Origin: Candidatus Saccharimonadota bacterium
GTDB taxonomy: Bacteria > Patescibacteriota > Saccharimonadia > Saccharimonadales > UBA10212
Assembly (NCBI GenBank): GCA_016234585.1
Contig: JACRBB010000027.1
Coordinates: 1 to 45,114 of the forward strand
Length of the DNA: 45,114 bases
Reading direction: 5' to 3'
The number at the start of each line of letters is the position of its first letter. Position 1 is the stretch's first letter. The translations under genes were made by a program, and so were the position numbers. Positions 27,822 to 38,355 of the stretch are shown here, in pieces. The notes beneath the pieces were generated by a model that saw nothing but the letters and a program-made list of their open reading frames with translations, did no database searches and had not been told where the DNA came from.

Positions 27822-28453
27822 TGGGTCAAAAAGTTAACCCCATCAGTTATCGTTTACAGGTCAATAAGGACTGGCGTAGCAAGTGGTTCGCTGGCAAACG
27901 CGAGTACGCGGCTTACCTGCGCCAGGATTTGGCTGCCCGCAAATTAATTGTTGATAAACTGGGCTCACGCGCCTCAATTAGTAAGGTTGATATCGAGCGT
28001 TCGCCTAACCTGGTAACCGTTACTATCCAAACGGCCAAAGCCGGTGTGGTGATTGGCCGCGGTGGTAGTGGTGCTACGGAACTTAAGTCAGACATCGAAA
28101 AAATCTATGGTGTTCCGGTAAGAGTAAACATCGAAGAAATCAAGCGTCCCGAGTTACAAGCTAAACTAGTAGCTGAAAATATCGCCCATCAACTGGAACG
28201 GCGTATAGCTTTTCGTAGAGCCATAAAATCGACGGCCGCGGCAACCATGCGCGCCGGTGCCAAGGGTATCCGCATAGAAGTTGCCGGGCGGTTAGGCGGC
28301 ATGGAAATGAGCCGGCTGGAAAAAGAAATTCAAGGCAGTGTGCCACTGCATACCATCCGAGCAGATATCGACTACGCGGCCGCAAAGGCGCAATACCCAA
28401 GGGCCGGCATCATAGGCGTTAAGGTTTGGATTTACAGAGGTGAGGTAGACTAA
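27821..28453 (+). CDS. rpsC: 30S ribosomal protein S3
   Basis: [32 protein letters not shown]. Confidence 0.98.
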   Translation: MGQKVNPISYRLQVNKDWRSKWFAGKREYAAYLRQDLAARKLIVDKLGSRASISKVDIERSPNLVTVTIQTAKAGVVIGRGGSGATELKSDIEKIYGVPVRVNIEEIKRPELQAKLVAENIAHQLERRIAFRRAIKSTAAATMRAGAKGIRIEVAGRLGGMEMSRLEKEIQGSVPLHTIRADIDYAAAKAQYPRAGIIGVKVWIYRGEVD

Positions 28454-28454
28454 G

Positions 28455-28871
28455 ATGTTAATGCCTTCAAGGACTAAATACCGGAAGGTCAGGAAAGGCC
28501 GCGTACACGGCGGTACGGCGACATCTTTGAACTATCTTGCCCACGGGCGGTTCGGCCTAGTCAGCCAGCAGAGCGACCGTATCACTTCAAGGCAGATTGA
28601 GGCCGCCCGTCAGGCGATGACCCGTTACATCAAACGCGGTGGCCAAATTTGGATTCGTATCTTCCCACACACCCCAGTTACCCGCAAACCCCAGGACGTT
28701 AAAATGGGAAGCGGCAAAGGGAATCCTGAATTTTTTGTCGCTAAAGTTAAGCCTGGTACCATCATGTTTGAAATGGACGGTGTGTCAGAGGAAGTCGCCC
28801 GTGAAGCCATGCGCTTAGCCAGCCACAAACTTCCGGTTAAGACTAATTTTCTGGTCAAGGAGGAGCAGTAA
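28455..28871 (+). CDS. rplP: 50S ribosomal protein L16
   Basis: RQIEAAR, IWIRIFP, MGSGKG, KLPV. Confidence 0.98.
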   Translation: MLMPSRTKYRKVRKGRVHGGTATSLNYLAHGRFGLVSQQSDRITSRQIEAARQAMTRYIKRGGQIWIRIFPHTPVTRKPQDVKMGSGKGNPEFFVAKVKPGTIMFEMDGVSEEVAREAMRLASHKLPVKTNFLVKEEQ

Positions 28872-28874
28872 GCC

Positions 28875-29075
28875 ATGAAAATCGCTGATGTCCGCAAACT
28901 GAGTACTTCCGAACTGGCTACCCAGAGCACCAAGCTTCGTGATGAAATCGCTGAACTGCGCCGCCGGCTTTATGGCGGCGAAACCCAGAACGTCCGCGTG
29001 TTGCGCAGCAAGCGCAAGGATCTGGCGCGAATACTAACTGTCCTGACCGAGCAACTAGCCAAGGAGAAAATTTAA
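28875..29075 (+). CDS. rpmC: 50S ribosomal protein L29
   Basis: RKDLARILTV; operon position. Confidence 0.93.
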   Translation: MKIADVRKLSTSELATQSTKLRDEIAELRRRLYGGETQNVRVLRSKRKDLARILTVLTEQLAKEKI

Positions 29076-29390
29076 ATGGGCCGTATTTTAACAGGCGTAG
29101 TAACCAGCGATAAAGGCGATAAGACAATCGTCATAACTGTTGCCACCCGAAAAACACATCCTTTGTATAAGAAACAATATACTGTCAGCACCAAGTTCAT
29201 GGCCCACGACCCTAAGAATGAGGCTCAGGTTGGCGATAAGGTGAGCATACGCGAAACCAGGCCAATAAGCGCCCGTAAACGGTTCCAGTTGGAAACGATT
29301 TTAGAGCGCGGCGGCATTCACTTTAAAGAGACAGATGCCACTGCTGACATCCCTGAGGAGCAGGAGCAGGAGAAGGTAGAGGAAAGCTAA
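29076..29390 (+). CDS. rpsQ: 30S ribosomal protein S17
   Basis: [23 protein letters not shown]; acidic C-tail. Confidence 0.97.
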   Translation: MGRILTGVVTSDKGDKTIVITVATRKTHPLYKKQYTVSTKFMAHDPKNEAQVGDKVSIRETRPISARKRFQLETILERGGIHFKETDATADIPEEQEQEKVEES

Positions 29391-29392
29391 AA

Positions 29393-29764
29393 ATGATACA
29401 ACAAGAATCCAGATTGATGGCCTGTGACAACAGTGGCGCCCGCCAGCTGCTTTGCATTCGTGTGCTGGGCGGCACCCGGCGTCGCTATGCCCGAGTTGGT
29501 GATATAATCGTGGCCACTGTAAAAACCGCTAATCCGGCCGGAGCCGTAAAACGCAAAAGTGTGGTTAAGGCTGTGGTAGTGCGTACTCGCAGCCCGATTC
29601 GACGCGCTGACGGTTCAGTTGTCCGTTTTGATGACAACGCGGCGGTACTGCTTGGCGAAGATAATAAAAACCCTCGAGGGACACGTATTTTCGGGCCGGT
29701 TCCGCGTGAACTGCGCGAGCGTGGTTACGGTAAAATCATATCCCTAGCACCGGAGGTATTATAG
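29393..29764 (+). CDS. rplN: 50S ribosomal protein L14
   Basis: [26 protein letters not shown]. Confidence 0.98.
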   Translation: MIQQESRLMACDNSGARQLLCIRVLGGTRRRYARVGDIIVATVKTANPAGAVKRKSVVKAVVVRTRSPIRRADGSVVRFDDNAAVLLGEDNKNPRGTRIFGPVPRELRERGYGKIISLAPEVL

Positions 29765-29766
29765 AT

Positions 29767-30096
29767 ATGAGCGAAGTATATAAAATTAGAATTAAAAAAG
29801 GCGATACGGTAATGATCCGTTCAGGCAAATATAAAGGTAAGACTGGAAAAGTTCTGGCCACCCATCCGGCTTTGAATAAAGTTACCGTAGAGGGTATAAA
29901 TGTCGTTAAGCGCCACCGAAAACCAACGACTATCAATCCCCAGGGAGGCATTATCGAACTTACTAAGCCAATTTGGGTAAGTAAGGTCGGTGTGGTTGAC
30001 CCTGTCGCCAAAAAACCATCGCGCGTCGGTTATAAATTATCCGATAAGGGTGGTAAGACGCGAGTCTTAAAGTCCAACGGCAAGGAGTTGAAATAA
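29767..30096 (+). CDS. rplX: 50S ribosomal protein L24
   Basis: KOW motif IKKGDTV..SGKYKGKTGKV, VEGIN. Confidence 0.97.
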   Translation: MSEVYKIRIKKGDTVMIRSGKYKGKTGKVLATHPALNKVTVEGINVVKRHRKPTTINPQGGIIELTKPIWVSKVGVVDPVAKKPSRVGYKLSDKGGKTRVLKSNGKELK

Positions 30097-30695
30097 TGGC
30101 TGCTACCACAACTAAGCCAACCTATCACGCCCGGTTAAAGGAGCAGTACCTGGGCACGTACGCCGATGAGCTTAAGAAAGAACTCAAACTTAGCAACATC
30201 CATCAGGCGCCTAGGCTCGAAAAGATCGTTATCAACGTTGGGCTAGGCCGCGGAAAAGACGATAAAAAACTGATGGAAGTGGCTTCCAACACCCTCAGGA
30301 AAATTACCGCTCAACAGCCGGTTGATACTTTTGCTAAAAAGTCGATCGCCAGCTTCAAGTTGCGTGAAGGCAGCAAAATTGGTATGAAAGTAACTTTGCG
30401 CGACGAGCGCATGTACGAGTTTGCCGACAGGCTGATAAATATCGTATTGCCGCGGGTTAGGGATTTTCACGGAGTCAAAGCTAATGCTTTCGATAAACAA
30501 GGTAATTACAGCATCGGTTTTGCCGATCAGTCGGTTTTTCCTGAACTCAGCTTCGAAGAGACCACCACGGCCCACGGACTACAGGTAGTGTTTGTGGTTA
30601 GGGACCAAAAACCGGAACATGCCCGAGTATTATTGGAGAAGTTCGGTCTACCGTTTGAAAAATCCGAATCCGAATCTAACAAGGAGACTAAATAA
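30096..30695 (+). CDS. rplE: 50S ribosomal protein L5
   Basis: [28 protein letters not shown]. Confidence 0.98.
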   Translation: MAATTTKPTYHARLKEQYLGTYADELKKELKLSNIHQAPRLEKIVINVGLGRGKDDKKLMEVASNTLRKITAQQPVDTFAKKSIASFKLREGSKIGMKVTLRDERMYEFADRLINIVLPRVRDFHGVKANAFDKQGNYSIGFADQSVFPELSFEETTTAHGLQVVFVVRDQKPEHARVLLEKFGLPFEKSESESNKETK

Positions 30696-30964
30696 TGGCT
30701 AAGAAATCCATGTTGGCCCGCAATGCCAAACGTCAAAAAATGATTGTTAAGTATGCTGATAAACGAGCCGAGCTAAAGAGACTAGGCGATTATGAGGGCT
30801 TGGCTAAGCTGCCTCGCAACTCCAGTCCTAGCCGTTGGAAGAACCGTTGCATAGAAACCGGCCGTGGTAGAGCCTATATGCGTCAATTCGGCCTATCGCG
30901 CATCGCCTTCCGAGAACATGCTTCCAAAGGTGAGATTCCCGGTATAACTAAGAGTAGCTGGTAA
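30695..30964 (+). CDS. rpsN: 30S ribosomal protein S14 (89-aa Zn-independent type)
   Basis: [30 protein letters not shown]. Confidence 0.97.
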   Translation: MAKKSMLARNAKRQKMIVKYADKRAELKRLGDYEGLAKLPRNSSPSRWKNRCIETGRGRAYMRQFGLSRIAFREHASKGEIPGITKSSW

Positions 30965-30981
30965 GGAAACAGGAAATAATT

Positions 30982-31377
30982 ATGGTATCAACAGACCCCA
31001 TCGCCGATATGCTAACTCGTATCCGTAACGCTGTTATGGTAAATAAAGCCGAGGTCAGCCTGCCGCATTCCATCGTCAAGGAAACAGTGGCGCGGATTTT
31101 GGTTGAAGAAGGCTTTTTGTCAGACGTCACGGTTGAGGAACTGGCTAGCCGCAAGCTGCTTAACATCAAGATAAATGATGATGGTTCTTCGGCGCCAATT
31201 ACTGAAATTGCCCGTATCAGCAGACCGGGCCGCCGGGTTTACGCCAAATCCGGAGAAATCCCAACTGTAAAACGTGGCCGTGGAATTGTAATAATATCGA
31301 CCTCTCAAGGTGTTATGGCCGGCTCAACAGCCCGTGACAAGCGTCTGGGCGGCGAATTAATCTGTAAAGTTTATTAG
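30982..31377 (+). CDS. rpsH: 30S ribosomal protein S8
   Basis: DPIADMLTRIRNA, SRPGRRVY, GGELIC. Confidence 0.98.
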   Translation: MVSTDPIADMLTRIRNAVMVNKAEVSLPHSIVKETVARILVEEGFLSDVTVEELASRKLLNIKINDDGSSAPITEIARISRPGRRVYAKSGEIPTVKRGRGIVIISTSQGVMAGSTARDKRLGGELICKVY

Positions 31378-31401
31378 AAAGTATTATCCAGGAGAAGAAT
31401 C

Positions 31402-31938
31402 ATGAGTCGTGTAGGAAAACAGCCAATCAGCTTGCCGAGTGGCGTGACAATCACTGTCGATGATGAATTTGTGTCCGTTAACGGTCCCAAAGGAGAATTG
31501 CGCCAGTTTACTATGCCCTCTGTCAATGTGAAGCTCGAGGACGGTGAGATAGTGGTTACTAGAGATAACGACGAAGCGCCAACCCGCGCCAAGCACGGTC
31601 TGATGCGAGCATTGGTCAACAATATGGTTACCGGCGTGAGCCAAGGTTACGAGCGAAAATTAGAAATTAACGGCGTTGGTTACCGAGTTCAGCTTCAGGG
31701 CACAGATCTTAAACTTAATCTTGGCTTCTCACACGACGTGATATACAAGGTCCCCCAGGGCGTGAACGTGGCAGTGGAGCAAAATGTAATTACGGTAAGC
31801 GGAATATCCAAACAGCAGGTCGGGCAAACTGCCGCTGAAATCCGAGCGCTTAAAAAGCCTGAGCCGTACAAGGGCAAGGGCATAAAATACTCGGACGAGA
31901 GAATTTTGCGTAAGACCGGTAAGAGCGGCAAGGAATAA
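31402..31938 (+). CDS. rplF: 50S ribosomal protein L6
   Basis: MSRVGKQP, GVGYR, PEPYKGKGI. Confidence 0.98.
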   Translation: MSRVGKQPISLPSGVTITVDDEFVSVNGPKGELRQFTMPSVNVKLEDGEIVVTRDNDEAPTRAKHGLMRALVNNMVTGVSQGYERKLEINGVGYRVQLQGTDLKLNLGFSHDVIYKVPQGVNVAVEQNVITVSGISKQQVGQTAAEIRALKKPEPYKGKGIKYSDERILRKTGKSGKE

Positions 31939-31947
31939 GGTTAAACT

Positions 31948-32301
31948 ATGGATTATCTATCACACAAACGAGCTAACGCCGAACGTCGTGCTCATCGGGT
32001 GCGGACCGGGTTAAACGGGACTAGCGACAGACCCCGACTCTCAGTGCATATCAGCAACCTACACGTCAGCGCCCAGATAATAGATGATAGTTTAGGCAAG
32101 ACATTGGCCTATGCTACGACCGTCGGTCAGAAAGTCGAAGGCAACATGACTAGCAAGGCCACGTGGGTCGGCAAAGAAATCGCCTTAAGAGCCAAGAAGG
32201 CCAAGGTAAAAAAGGTCGTATTTGATAAGGGTGAATACAAATATCATGGGCGTGTTAAGTCTTTGGCTAGCGCCGCCAGAGAGAATGGTTTGGAGTTTTA
32301 A
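31948..32301 (+). CDS. rplR: 50S ribosomal protein L18
   Basis: RPRLSV, QIIDD, YHGRV, ARENGLEF. Confidence 0.97.
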   Translation: MDYLSHKRANAERRAHRVRTGLNGTSDRPRLSVHISNLHVSAQIIDDSLGKTLAYATTVGQKVEGNMTSKATWVGKEIALRAKKAKVKKVVFDKGEYKYHGRVKSLASAARENGLEF

Positions 32302-32303
32302 TC

Positions 32304-32849
32304 ATGGCAATGAACGAACCGCGTAACAATCAACGCAGAAATAATCCCCGTGTCGTCGAAGAAAAACAGTATGATGAGCGTGTCCTGCACATAAACAGAG
32401 TTGCTCGCGTAGTTAAAGGCGGCCGACGCTTCCGTTTCCAAGCCCTAGTCGTTGTCGGCGATCATAAAGGCAAAGTTGGTGTAGGTGTCAGTAAAGGCGC
32501 TGACGTAAGCGCCGCCGTTACCAAAGCCACCGAGGTTGCTAAAAAGCGTTTTGTAGAGCTGCCTTTGTATCATGGTACGCTGACTCACGACGTCGAAGGT
32601 AAAGTTGGTGGCGCTAAAATATTAATCATGCCAGCTGTGCCGGGAACCGGTCTGATAGCCGGCGGTGTAGTCCGGGTCGTTTTGGAAGTAGCCGGTATTG
32701 AAAATGCTTTGTCGAAATCCCTGGGTTCGTCTAATCGTATAAACACTGCCTACGCGACACTCGCGGCTTTAACCAGCATGACCCCAGCAACCACTTGGGT
32801 AACCAGAACAAACGACACCAAGCAGCTTAAACAAAAGGTTAAGGCCTAA
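32304..32849 (+). CDS. rpsE: 30S ribosomal protein S5
   Basis: RVARVVKGGRRFRF, GTGLIAGG, KSLGS. Confidence 0.98.
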   Translation: MAMNEPRNNQRRNNPRVVEEKQYDERVLHINRVARVVKGGRRFRFQALVVVGDHKGKVGVGVSKGADVSAAVTKATEVAKKRFVELPLYHGTLTHDVEGKVGGAKILIMPAVPGTGLIAGGVVRVVLEVAGIENALSKSLGSSNRINTAYATLAALTSMTPATTWVTRTNDTKQLKQKVKA

Positions 32850-33322
32850 TGAAGTACAACGAACTACAAACATCTCCTTCTAAGTCACCGCTGCGAGTTG
32901 GCCGCGGCATTGCTGCCGGACGAGGTAAAACCGCCGGACGCGGCACAAAAGGTCAGGGCGCGCGAAAGAGCGGTGGCGTACGACCTGGTTTTGAAGGCGG
33001 CCAGATGCCTTTGTATATGAGGCTGCCAAAACTAAGAGGCTTCAAGAGTCATAAAGTAGTCGCCGAGACCGTCTACACAAGCCAGTTAGACGCCATCAAA
33101 AAAGGTGTTGTAGACAATCAGGCAGTCTTTGAGGCTGGACTAGTCAGCAGCCAGCATATTAACGTTAAAGTCTTGCTTGGCGGAGAATTCACATCTAAAA
33201 AGGATGTCAAACTTCAGTCCGCAAGTTCTGGAGCGGTTAAAGCGATAACCAAAGCTGGCGGGAGTTTTACGGTTATTGACCGGCTGGCTCGAAGCCCAAA
33301 GAAAAAGCCCACAGAATCTTAG
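32849..33322 (+). CDS. rplO: 50S ribosomal protein L15
   Basis: RVGRG, GRGTKGQGAR, FEGGQMPL..RLPK. Confidence 0.98.
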   Translation: MKYNELQTSPSKSPLRVGRGIAAGRGKTAGRGTKGQGARKSGGVRPGFEGGQMPLYMRLPKLRGFKSHKVVAETVYTSQLDAIKKGVVDNQAVFEAGLVSSQHINVKVLLGGEFTSKKDVKLQSASSGAVKAITKAGGSFTVIDRLARSPKKKPTES

Positions 33323-33414
33323 AATAATTGAGGCAGTAGCGGATGACTATATTCGTCGTGTATACTGGGCGAAGATATTTATCATTTTTAAGTGAGGGAT
33401 AAAAGTCCAGCAAA

Positions 33415-34950
33415 ATGAACTGGAAGATAATTCTTAAGTCGCTTGGCCATAAAGAAATGCGAACCCGTATTCTGGCGGTTTTGGGGATGCTTTTGGTATT
33501 TCGGATCATGGCCCATATACCAGTACCGCTTAGCGACCCGCACACTCTAAAGCAGGTCTTAGAAAATCTTTACAACCAAACCAGCGGCAATAATCTATTG
33601 GGCTTTTTGAACGTGCTATCCGGTGGTGCATTAGCCAATTTCTCAATCATGCTGGTCGGTTTGGGCGCATATATTAATGCCTCTATCATAATGCAGCTCC
33701 TTACAAAGGCCATTCCCAAGCTGGAGGCCATGAACAAAGAGGGTGAATTTGGCCGTAAGAAAATCAACCAATATACCCGTATATTGACCTTCCCGTTAGC
33801 CATAATCCAGTCAATCGGCACTATCTACCTTATCCGTCAACAGGCTCAAAGTATTGGTGGCCTGGGTGATATTACCGCCAATACTTCCGGTATGCAGTGG
33901 ATTTTAATGATTGCCGCGTTGACCGGTGGGGCTATGGTTTTGATGTGGCTTGGCGAGTTAATTACCGAGCGCTCCATTGGCAATGGCATATCATTACTTA
34001 TAACAGTAGGTATCGTTAGTAGCCTGCCCTCGGTTATCATGCAGCTATGGGGCAGCGCTGGATGGACGGCAGCCACTGGAGCGGCGGCTGATAAGTTAGT
34101 TCTGTTTGGCAAAGAATTCAGCCGTCACGGGTTGATGCTACTAGGCGGAATTTCCGTAGCTACTTTATTTGTAACTTGGGCGGTAGTTAAACTTAATGAA
34201 GCTTCACGCAAGTTAACGGTTAACTATGCTAAGCGTGTGCAAGGCAACCGTACCTATGGTGGTGTAACTACCACTCTTCCAGTCAAACTGATCACGGCTG
34301 GCGTTATCCCGATTATTTTCGCCGTAGCCTTTCTTAGCGTGCCTAGTTTCGCCGGCCAGCTTTTAACTCATGGTCAAGGAGTTAACGCTGTAGCTACAAC
34401 ACACTGGGAAAAAGTCGGCGTCCAGTTGTCACATCTCTTTCAAAATCCCAGCGCGGATACTTTCCGTGCCGGCGGCTGGCAGCCATGGGTTTACCCGTTA
34501 ACCTACTTTATGTTAGTATTTGTCTTTACGTACTTTTACACTAGCGTAACATTCAACTCCAAGGAAATTGCCGAGAATCTACAGAAACAGGGAGGATTCA
34601 TAGCCGATGTCCGTTCCGGTAAACAGACTGAGAAGTACCTCAGTCGAACAGTTAATCGCCTCACACTCTTTGGGGCTATAGCTCTAGGCATCTTGGCGGT
34701 GATGCCAATCATCGCTCAAGTTTACGTTAACCAAAGCATCGCTCTTGGTGGTACTAGTATCCTGATTTTGGTATCGGTTTCACTGGAGACTCTACGCCAG
34801 GTAGAGTCAAGAGCGCTTATGATCACTTACGACCAGTACGAGCAACCGGATTACTTCTATGATGAGGACGAAAACGGTGATAAAAAATCTAAAAAATCAC
34901 GTTTTAGACCACGCCTCCCACTGCGGCGTTCCAATGCCACGACAGTCTAG
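33415..34950 (+). CDS. secY: Preprotein translocase SecY
   Basis: YINASIIMQLL, GELITERSIGNGISL, GVIPIIFA, GGTSILI; about 10 TM. Confidence 0.98.
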   Translation: MNWKIILKSLGHKEMRTRILAVLGMLLVFRIMAHIPVPLSDPHTLKQVLENLYNQTSGNNLLGFLNVLSGGALANFSIMLVGLGAYINASIIMQLLTKAIPKLEAMNKEGEFGRKKINQYTRILTFPLAIIQSIGTIYLIRQQAQSIGGLGDITANTSGMQWILMIAALTGGAMVLMWLGELITERSIGNGISLLITVGIVSSLPSVIMQLWGSAGWTAATGAAADKLVLFGKEFSRHGLMLLGGISVATLFVTWAVVKLNEASRKLTVNYAKRVQGNRTYGGVTTTLPVKLITAGVIPIIFAVAFLSVPSFAGQLLTHGQGVNAVATTHWEKVGVQLSHLFQNPSADTFRAGGWQPWVYPLTYFMLVFVFTYFYTSVTFNSKEIAENLQKQGGFIADVRSGKQTEKYLSRTVNRLTLFGAIALGILAVMPIIAQVYVNQSIALGGTSILILVSVSLETLRQVESRALMITYDQYEQPDYFYDEDENGDKKSKKSRFRPRLPLRRSNATTV

Positions 34951-34971
34951 ATTAGAATTTCAAAAAAACCC

Positions 34972-35001
34972 TTTACATCACCTTAGATAAACTGATATAC
35001 T
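34972..35001 (+). promoter_or_regulatory. infA/alpha-operon promoter
   Basis: TTTACA-18 bp-TGn-TATACT. Confidence 0.65.
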
Positions 35002-35017
35002 GCTCAGGTTATATTTT

Positions 35018-35239
35018 ATGGCGAAAGACAAGGAAGTCATCGAACTGAACGGAGTGGTAGTAGAAGCCTTACCAGGTACTAAGTTTCGAGTCGAACTTGA
35101 AAACGGCCATATAATCATAGCTCATGTCGCCGGAAAAATGCGGAAGCATTACATCCGTTTGGTCCCCGGTGACAGCGTGACGGTTGAATTGACACCTTAC
35201 GATCTTACGAAGGGTCGGATAACCTACCGCAAGAATTAA
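35018..35239 (+). CDS. infA: Translation initiation factor IF-1
   Basis: [28 protein letters not shown]. Confidence 0.98.
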   Translation: MAKDKEVIELNGVVVEALPGTKFRVELENGHIIIAHVAGKMRKHYIRLVPGDSVTVELTPYDLTKGRITYRKN

Positions 35240-35294
35240 ATTATCATTAAAGAGCAGTGTGTCATCACTAATCTAAATTAAGGAGATGATCCGC

Positions 35295-35411
35295 ATGAAA
35301 GTGCGTGCCAGCGTAAAAAAAATAAGTCCAGATGATATCATCGTCCGCCGTAAGGGGCGCGTTTATGTTATCAATAAGTTCAAGCCAAAGCACAAGCAGA
35401 GGCAGGGTTAA
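35295..35411 (+). CDS. rpmJ: 50S ribosomal protein L36 (Cys-free); not in the ORF track
   Basis: Manual translation [46 protein letters not shown]. Confidence 0.97.
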   Translation: MKVRASVKKISPDDIIVRRKGRVYVINKFKPKHKQRQG

Positions 35412-35414
35412 TTA

Positions 35415-35801
35415 ATGGCAAGAATTTCCGGCGTAACTATACCAAGTGAAAAGCAAGTGCATGTGGCGCTGACTTATATCTATGGTATCGGACCTAAATT
35501 CAGCGGTAAAATCTTAGAAATCGCTAAGGTCGAACCGGCGGTCAGAGTCAAGAACTTGACCGACGCTGAAATCGGACGGATCCAGGATGCTATAAATAGC
35601 GGCTATAGCGTTGAGGGCGAACTGCAGCGAGTTGTAACCGGCAACATTAAACGGCTTAAGGATATCAACTCCTACCGTGGTTTACGCCACAAGGCCAATT
35701 TACCCAGCCGCGGTCAACGTACCAAAACCAATGCCCGGACAAGACGAGGTAAGAAAGTAACCGTCGGCGGAACAGCTAAAAAGGCCGCTTCTAAGACCTA
35801 G
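35415..35801 (+). CDS. rpsM: 30S ribosomal protein S13
   Basis: MARISGV, YIYGIG, RGQRTKTNARTR. Confidence 0.98.
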   Translation: MARISGVTIPSEKQVHVALTYIYGIGPKFSGKILEIAKVEPAVRVKNLTDAEIGRIQDAINSGYSVEGELQRVVTGNIKRLKDINSYRGLRHKANLPSRGQRTKTNARTRRGKKVTVGGTAKKAASKT

Positions 35802-35810
35802 GAAAAATAT

Positions 35811-36266
35811 ATGGCAGAAGAAACTAAAGTATTAGATAAAGTATTAGACCAAGAGACAGCGCCAGAAACCGAAGCTCCTGTTAAGGTCGCTCCTAAGAAA
35901 AAGAAGTCCCGCCGAGCTGTAAGCCAAGGGATGGTGCATGTTTTGGCGACTTTCAATAACACAATCATTACGGTTACCGATACTCGTGGTAACGTCTTGA
36001 CAACCGGTAGCGCTGGCAGTTGCGGTTTTCGAGGATCAAAGAAGGGCACAGCCTATGCTGCCCAAGTCGCCGCCGAAAAGGCAATCGGAGCCGCCAAACA
36101 GAATTACGGGCTTGAAAAGGTGGATGTTAGCGTCAGAGGCATAGGTATGGGTCGCGAGGCGGCAATCAGAACTCTTATCAATCAGAAGGTCCAGGTTGAC
36201 AGCATCAAAGATATTACCGGAATCGCCCACGGTGGTACCCGACCCAGGAAGGCAAAACGTAACTAG
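35811..36266 (+). CDS. rpsK: 30S ribosomal protein S11 (N-terminal extension)
   Basis: TFNNTII, GFRGSKKGTAYAA, DITGIAHGG. Confidence 0.98.
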   Translation: MAEETKVLDKVLDQETAPETEAPVKVAPKKKKSRRAVSQGMVHVLATFNNTIITVTDTRGNVLTTGSAGSCGFRGSKKGTAYAAQVAAEKAIGAAKQNYGLEKVDVSVRGIGMGREAAIRTLINQKVQVDSIKDITGIAHGGTRPRKAKRN

Positions 36267-36275
36267 GTAAACATT

Positions 36276-36902
36276 ATGGCAAGAGATACCCAATCAATAG
36301 TTAAGATGTCCCGCCGTGAAGGCTATGCACTCCACCCCAAAGCCCACAAGGCTTTGGTTAAGCGTTCGACAATGCCTGGCGAACAAGCAACTTCCGGGGG
36401 ACGCGGACGTCGCAATAAACCCAGCCAATATTCCATACAGTTACGTGAAAAACAGAAGGTCAAGCGTCTTTACGGTCTGCTGGAGCGTCAGTTCGCAAAA
36501 TTAATGAGTGAGGCTTCCAGAAGTAAAGGCAAGTCTGGCGCTAAACTTTTAGAGTTTCTGGAGCTTAGGTTAGATAACGTTATTTACCGTTCCGGCCTAG
36601 CAGTTTCTAGACGAGCGGCTCGCCAACTGGTGACACATGGACACTTTATGCTTAACGGCCGCCGGGTTGATATCCCCTCAATCAGAGTAGTGACCGGTGA
36701 CGCTATTATAGTTAGAGAGCGCAGCAAATCAACCGATTACTTCAAGCGACTTGAAGATGTAAGCCCAGCCCCCGCCGCTATCCCGGATTGGCTGAATGTT
36801 AACCGAAAAAAATGCGAAGTTAAAATTACCGGTGTTCCCAGCCGAGATGACGCAGAGCCTGATATCAAAGAACAATTAATCGTAGAATACTATTCACGCT
36901 AA
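36276..36902 (+). CDS. rpsD: 30S ribosomal protein S4
   Basis: QLREKQK, RLDNVIYR, ARQLVTHGH, IVEYYSR. Confidence 0.98.
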   Translation: MARDTQSIVKMSRREGYALHPKAHKALVKRSTMPGEQATSGGRGRRNKPSQYSIQLREKQKVKRLYGLLERQFAKLMSEASRSKGKSGAKLLEFLELRLDNVIYRSGLAVSRRAARQLVTHGHFMLNGRRVDIPSIRVVTGDAIIVRERSKSTDYFKRLEDVSPAPAAIPDWLNVNRKKCEVKITGVPSRDDAEPDIKEQLIVEYYSR

Positions 36903-36920
36903 GGAGGCGAGAAAAAATCG

Positions 36921-37868
36921 ATGAGCAAACTTATTCACACACCAGCGCTGGCGGCAATAACCGACCATAACCCAACCAGCAGCACTTTCACTATAGAACC
37001 CCTGCACACCGGCTATGGGATGACTCTTGGCAACAGCTTACGCCGTGTACTGCTGTCGAGCATTGCCGGCGCGGCAGTAACAGGCTTTAGAATCGATGGT
37101 GTTAGCCATGAATTTACTACTATCAAAGGTGTTACGGAAGACCTGGTAGCTATCATGCTCAATCTCAAAGGTGTCCGCTTCAAAGTCTTTGGCGAAGAAA
37201 CCCAAACATTGCGCCTAAACAAAAAGGGCAAGGGTCCAGTTAAAGCCAAGGACATCCAGCTAAGCTCCGACGTAGAGATAGTTAACCCCGATCATGTAAT
37301 CTGCCATATCGATGACGATAAAACCAACCTCACAATGGAGTTGACTGTAGAAATCGGCCGTGGGTACAGAGGTTTAGACGAGCAGGGCAGCGACAAAACA
37401 ATTAGCGATATGATTATGCTCGACGCGTTATTTACGCCAGTTTTACGAGTGCGCTATAAGGTCGAAAACACCAGGGTTGGCCGAGTTACTAACTTGGACA
37501 AGCTGCTTTTAACCGTTGATACGGACGGATCCATAACTCCCCGTGAAGCATTTGAAGAGGCCGCCGCAATCCTCATCAACCAGTACACGGCCCTAGCCGG
37601 TCAGACAAGGGTTGAGGTTGCCGCGCCGTTATCTAACGGTGAGCCCACCGGCACACCAACCGAGGATTTTGAAGAACCCGCCGAACTTATGACCTCCGTG
37701 GAGGACCTTAATCTTAGCGCCCGAACCACAAACGCTCTGGTTAACAACGATATCCACACTATCAAAGATTTACTATCCTTGAGTGAAGCCGAGCTGCGCG
37801 ACCTAAAAGGTTTTGGCAACAAAGCCTTAGATGAAGTTAAAGAAAAAATGGCGGAACTGGAGCTTTAG
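36921..37868 (+). CDS. rpoA: RNA polymerase alpha subunit
   Basis: EPLHTGYGMTLGNSLRRVLLSS, VENTRVG, alpha-CTD LNLSARTTNAL. Confidence 0.98.
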   Translation: MSKLIHTPALAAITDHNPTSSTFTIEPLHTGYGMTLGNSLRRVLLSSIAGAAVTGFRIDGVSHEFTTIKGVTEDLVAIMLNLKGVRFKVFGEETQTLRLNKKGKGPVKAKDIQLSSDVEIVNPDHVICHIDDDKTNLTMELTVEIGRGYRGLDEQGSDKTISDMIMLDALFTPVLRVRYKVENTRVGRVTNLDKLLLTVDTDGSITPREAFEEAAAILINQYTALAGQTRVEVAAPLSNGEPTGTPTEDFEEPAELMTSVEDLNLSARTTNALVNNDIHTIKDLLSLSEAELRDLKGFGNKALDEVKEKMAELEL

Positions 37869-37893
37869 TTTAAAAAACTAAGAGGTTAAAATT

Positions 37894-38355
37894 ATGCACC
37901 GCCACGGATACAAAGGAAAGAAATTTGGACGCGAACGCGATCAACGCCAAGCCTTAATAAAAGGTTTGGCTGATTCGTTGGTGCTAAACGAATCAATCGA
38001 AACCACTCTGTCCAAGGCCAAGGCGGCCGTATCCTACACTGAAAAGCTAATTACCAAGGCCAAAAAAGGCGGTCTGCATAATCGTCGTCAAGTAATAAGC
38101 TCGCTAAACACCATAGAGGCCGCTCATAAATTAGTTGACGAGCTAGCTCCAAAGCTGAACAGCCGAGCCAGTGGCTACTTACGGATTGAAAAGGGCAACC
38201 TGCGCCGAGGTGATGGCGTCCAGTTAGCAAAAGTCAGCTTTGTTGATGATCTTAAGGCTAAAGCGCCGGCTAAAAAAACCGACGACGGGTCTTCCAAGGC
38301 TCCTGTCGCCAAGAAACCGGCTACCAAAAAACCCACAACAAAGGACACTAAATAA
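37894..38355 (+). CDS. rplQ: 50S ribosomal protein L17
   Basis: MHRHG, IETTLSKAK, GYLRI, RRGDG; Lys/Ala/Pro tail. Confidence 0.97.
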   Translation: MHRHGYKGKKFGRERDQRQALIKGLADSLVLNESIETTLSKAKAAVSYTEKLITKAKKGGLHNRRQVISSLNTIEAAHKLVDELAPKLNSRASGYLRIEKGNLRRGDGVQLAKVSFVDDLKAKAPAKKTDDGSSKAPVAKKPATKKPTTKDTK

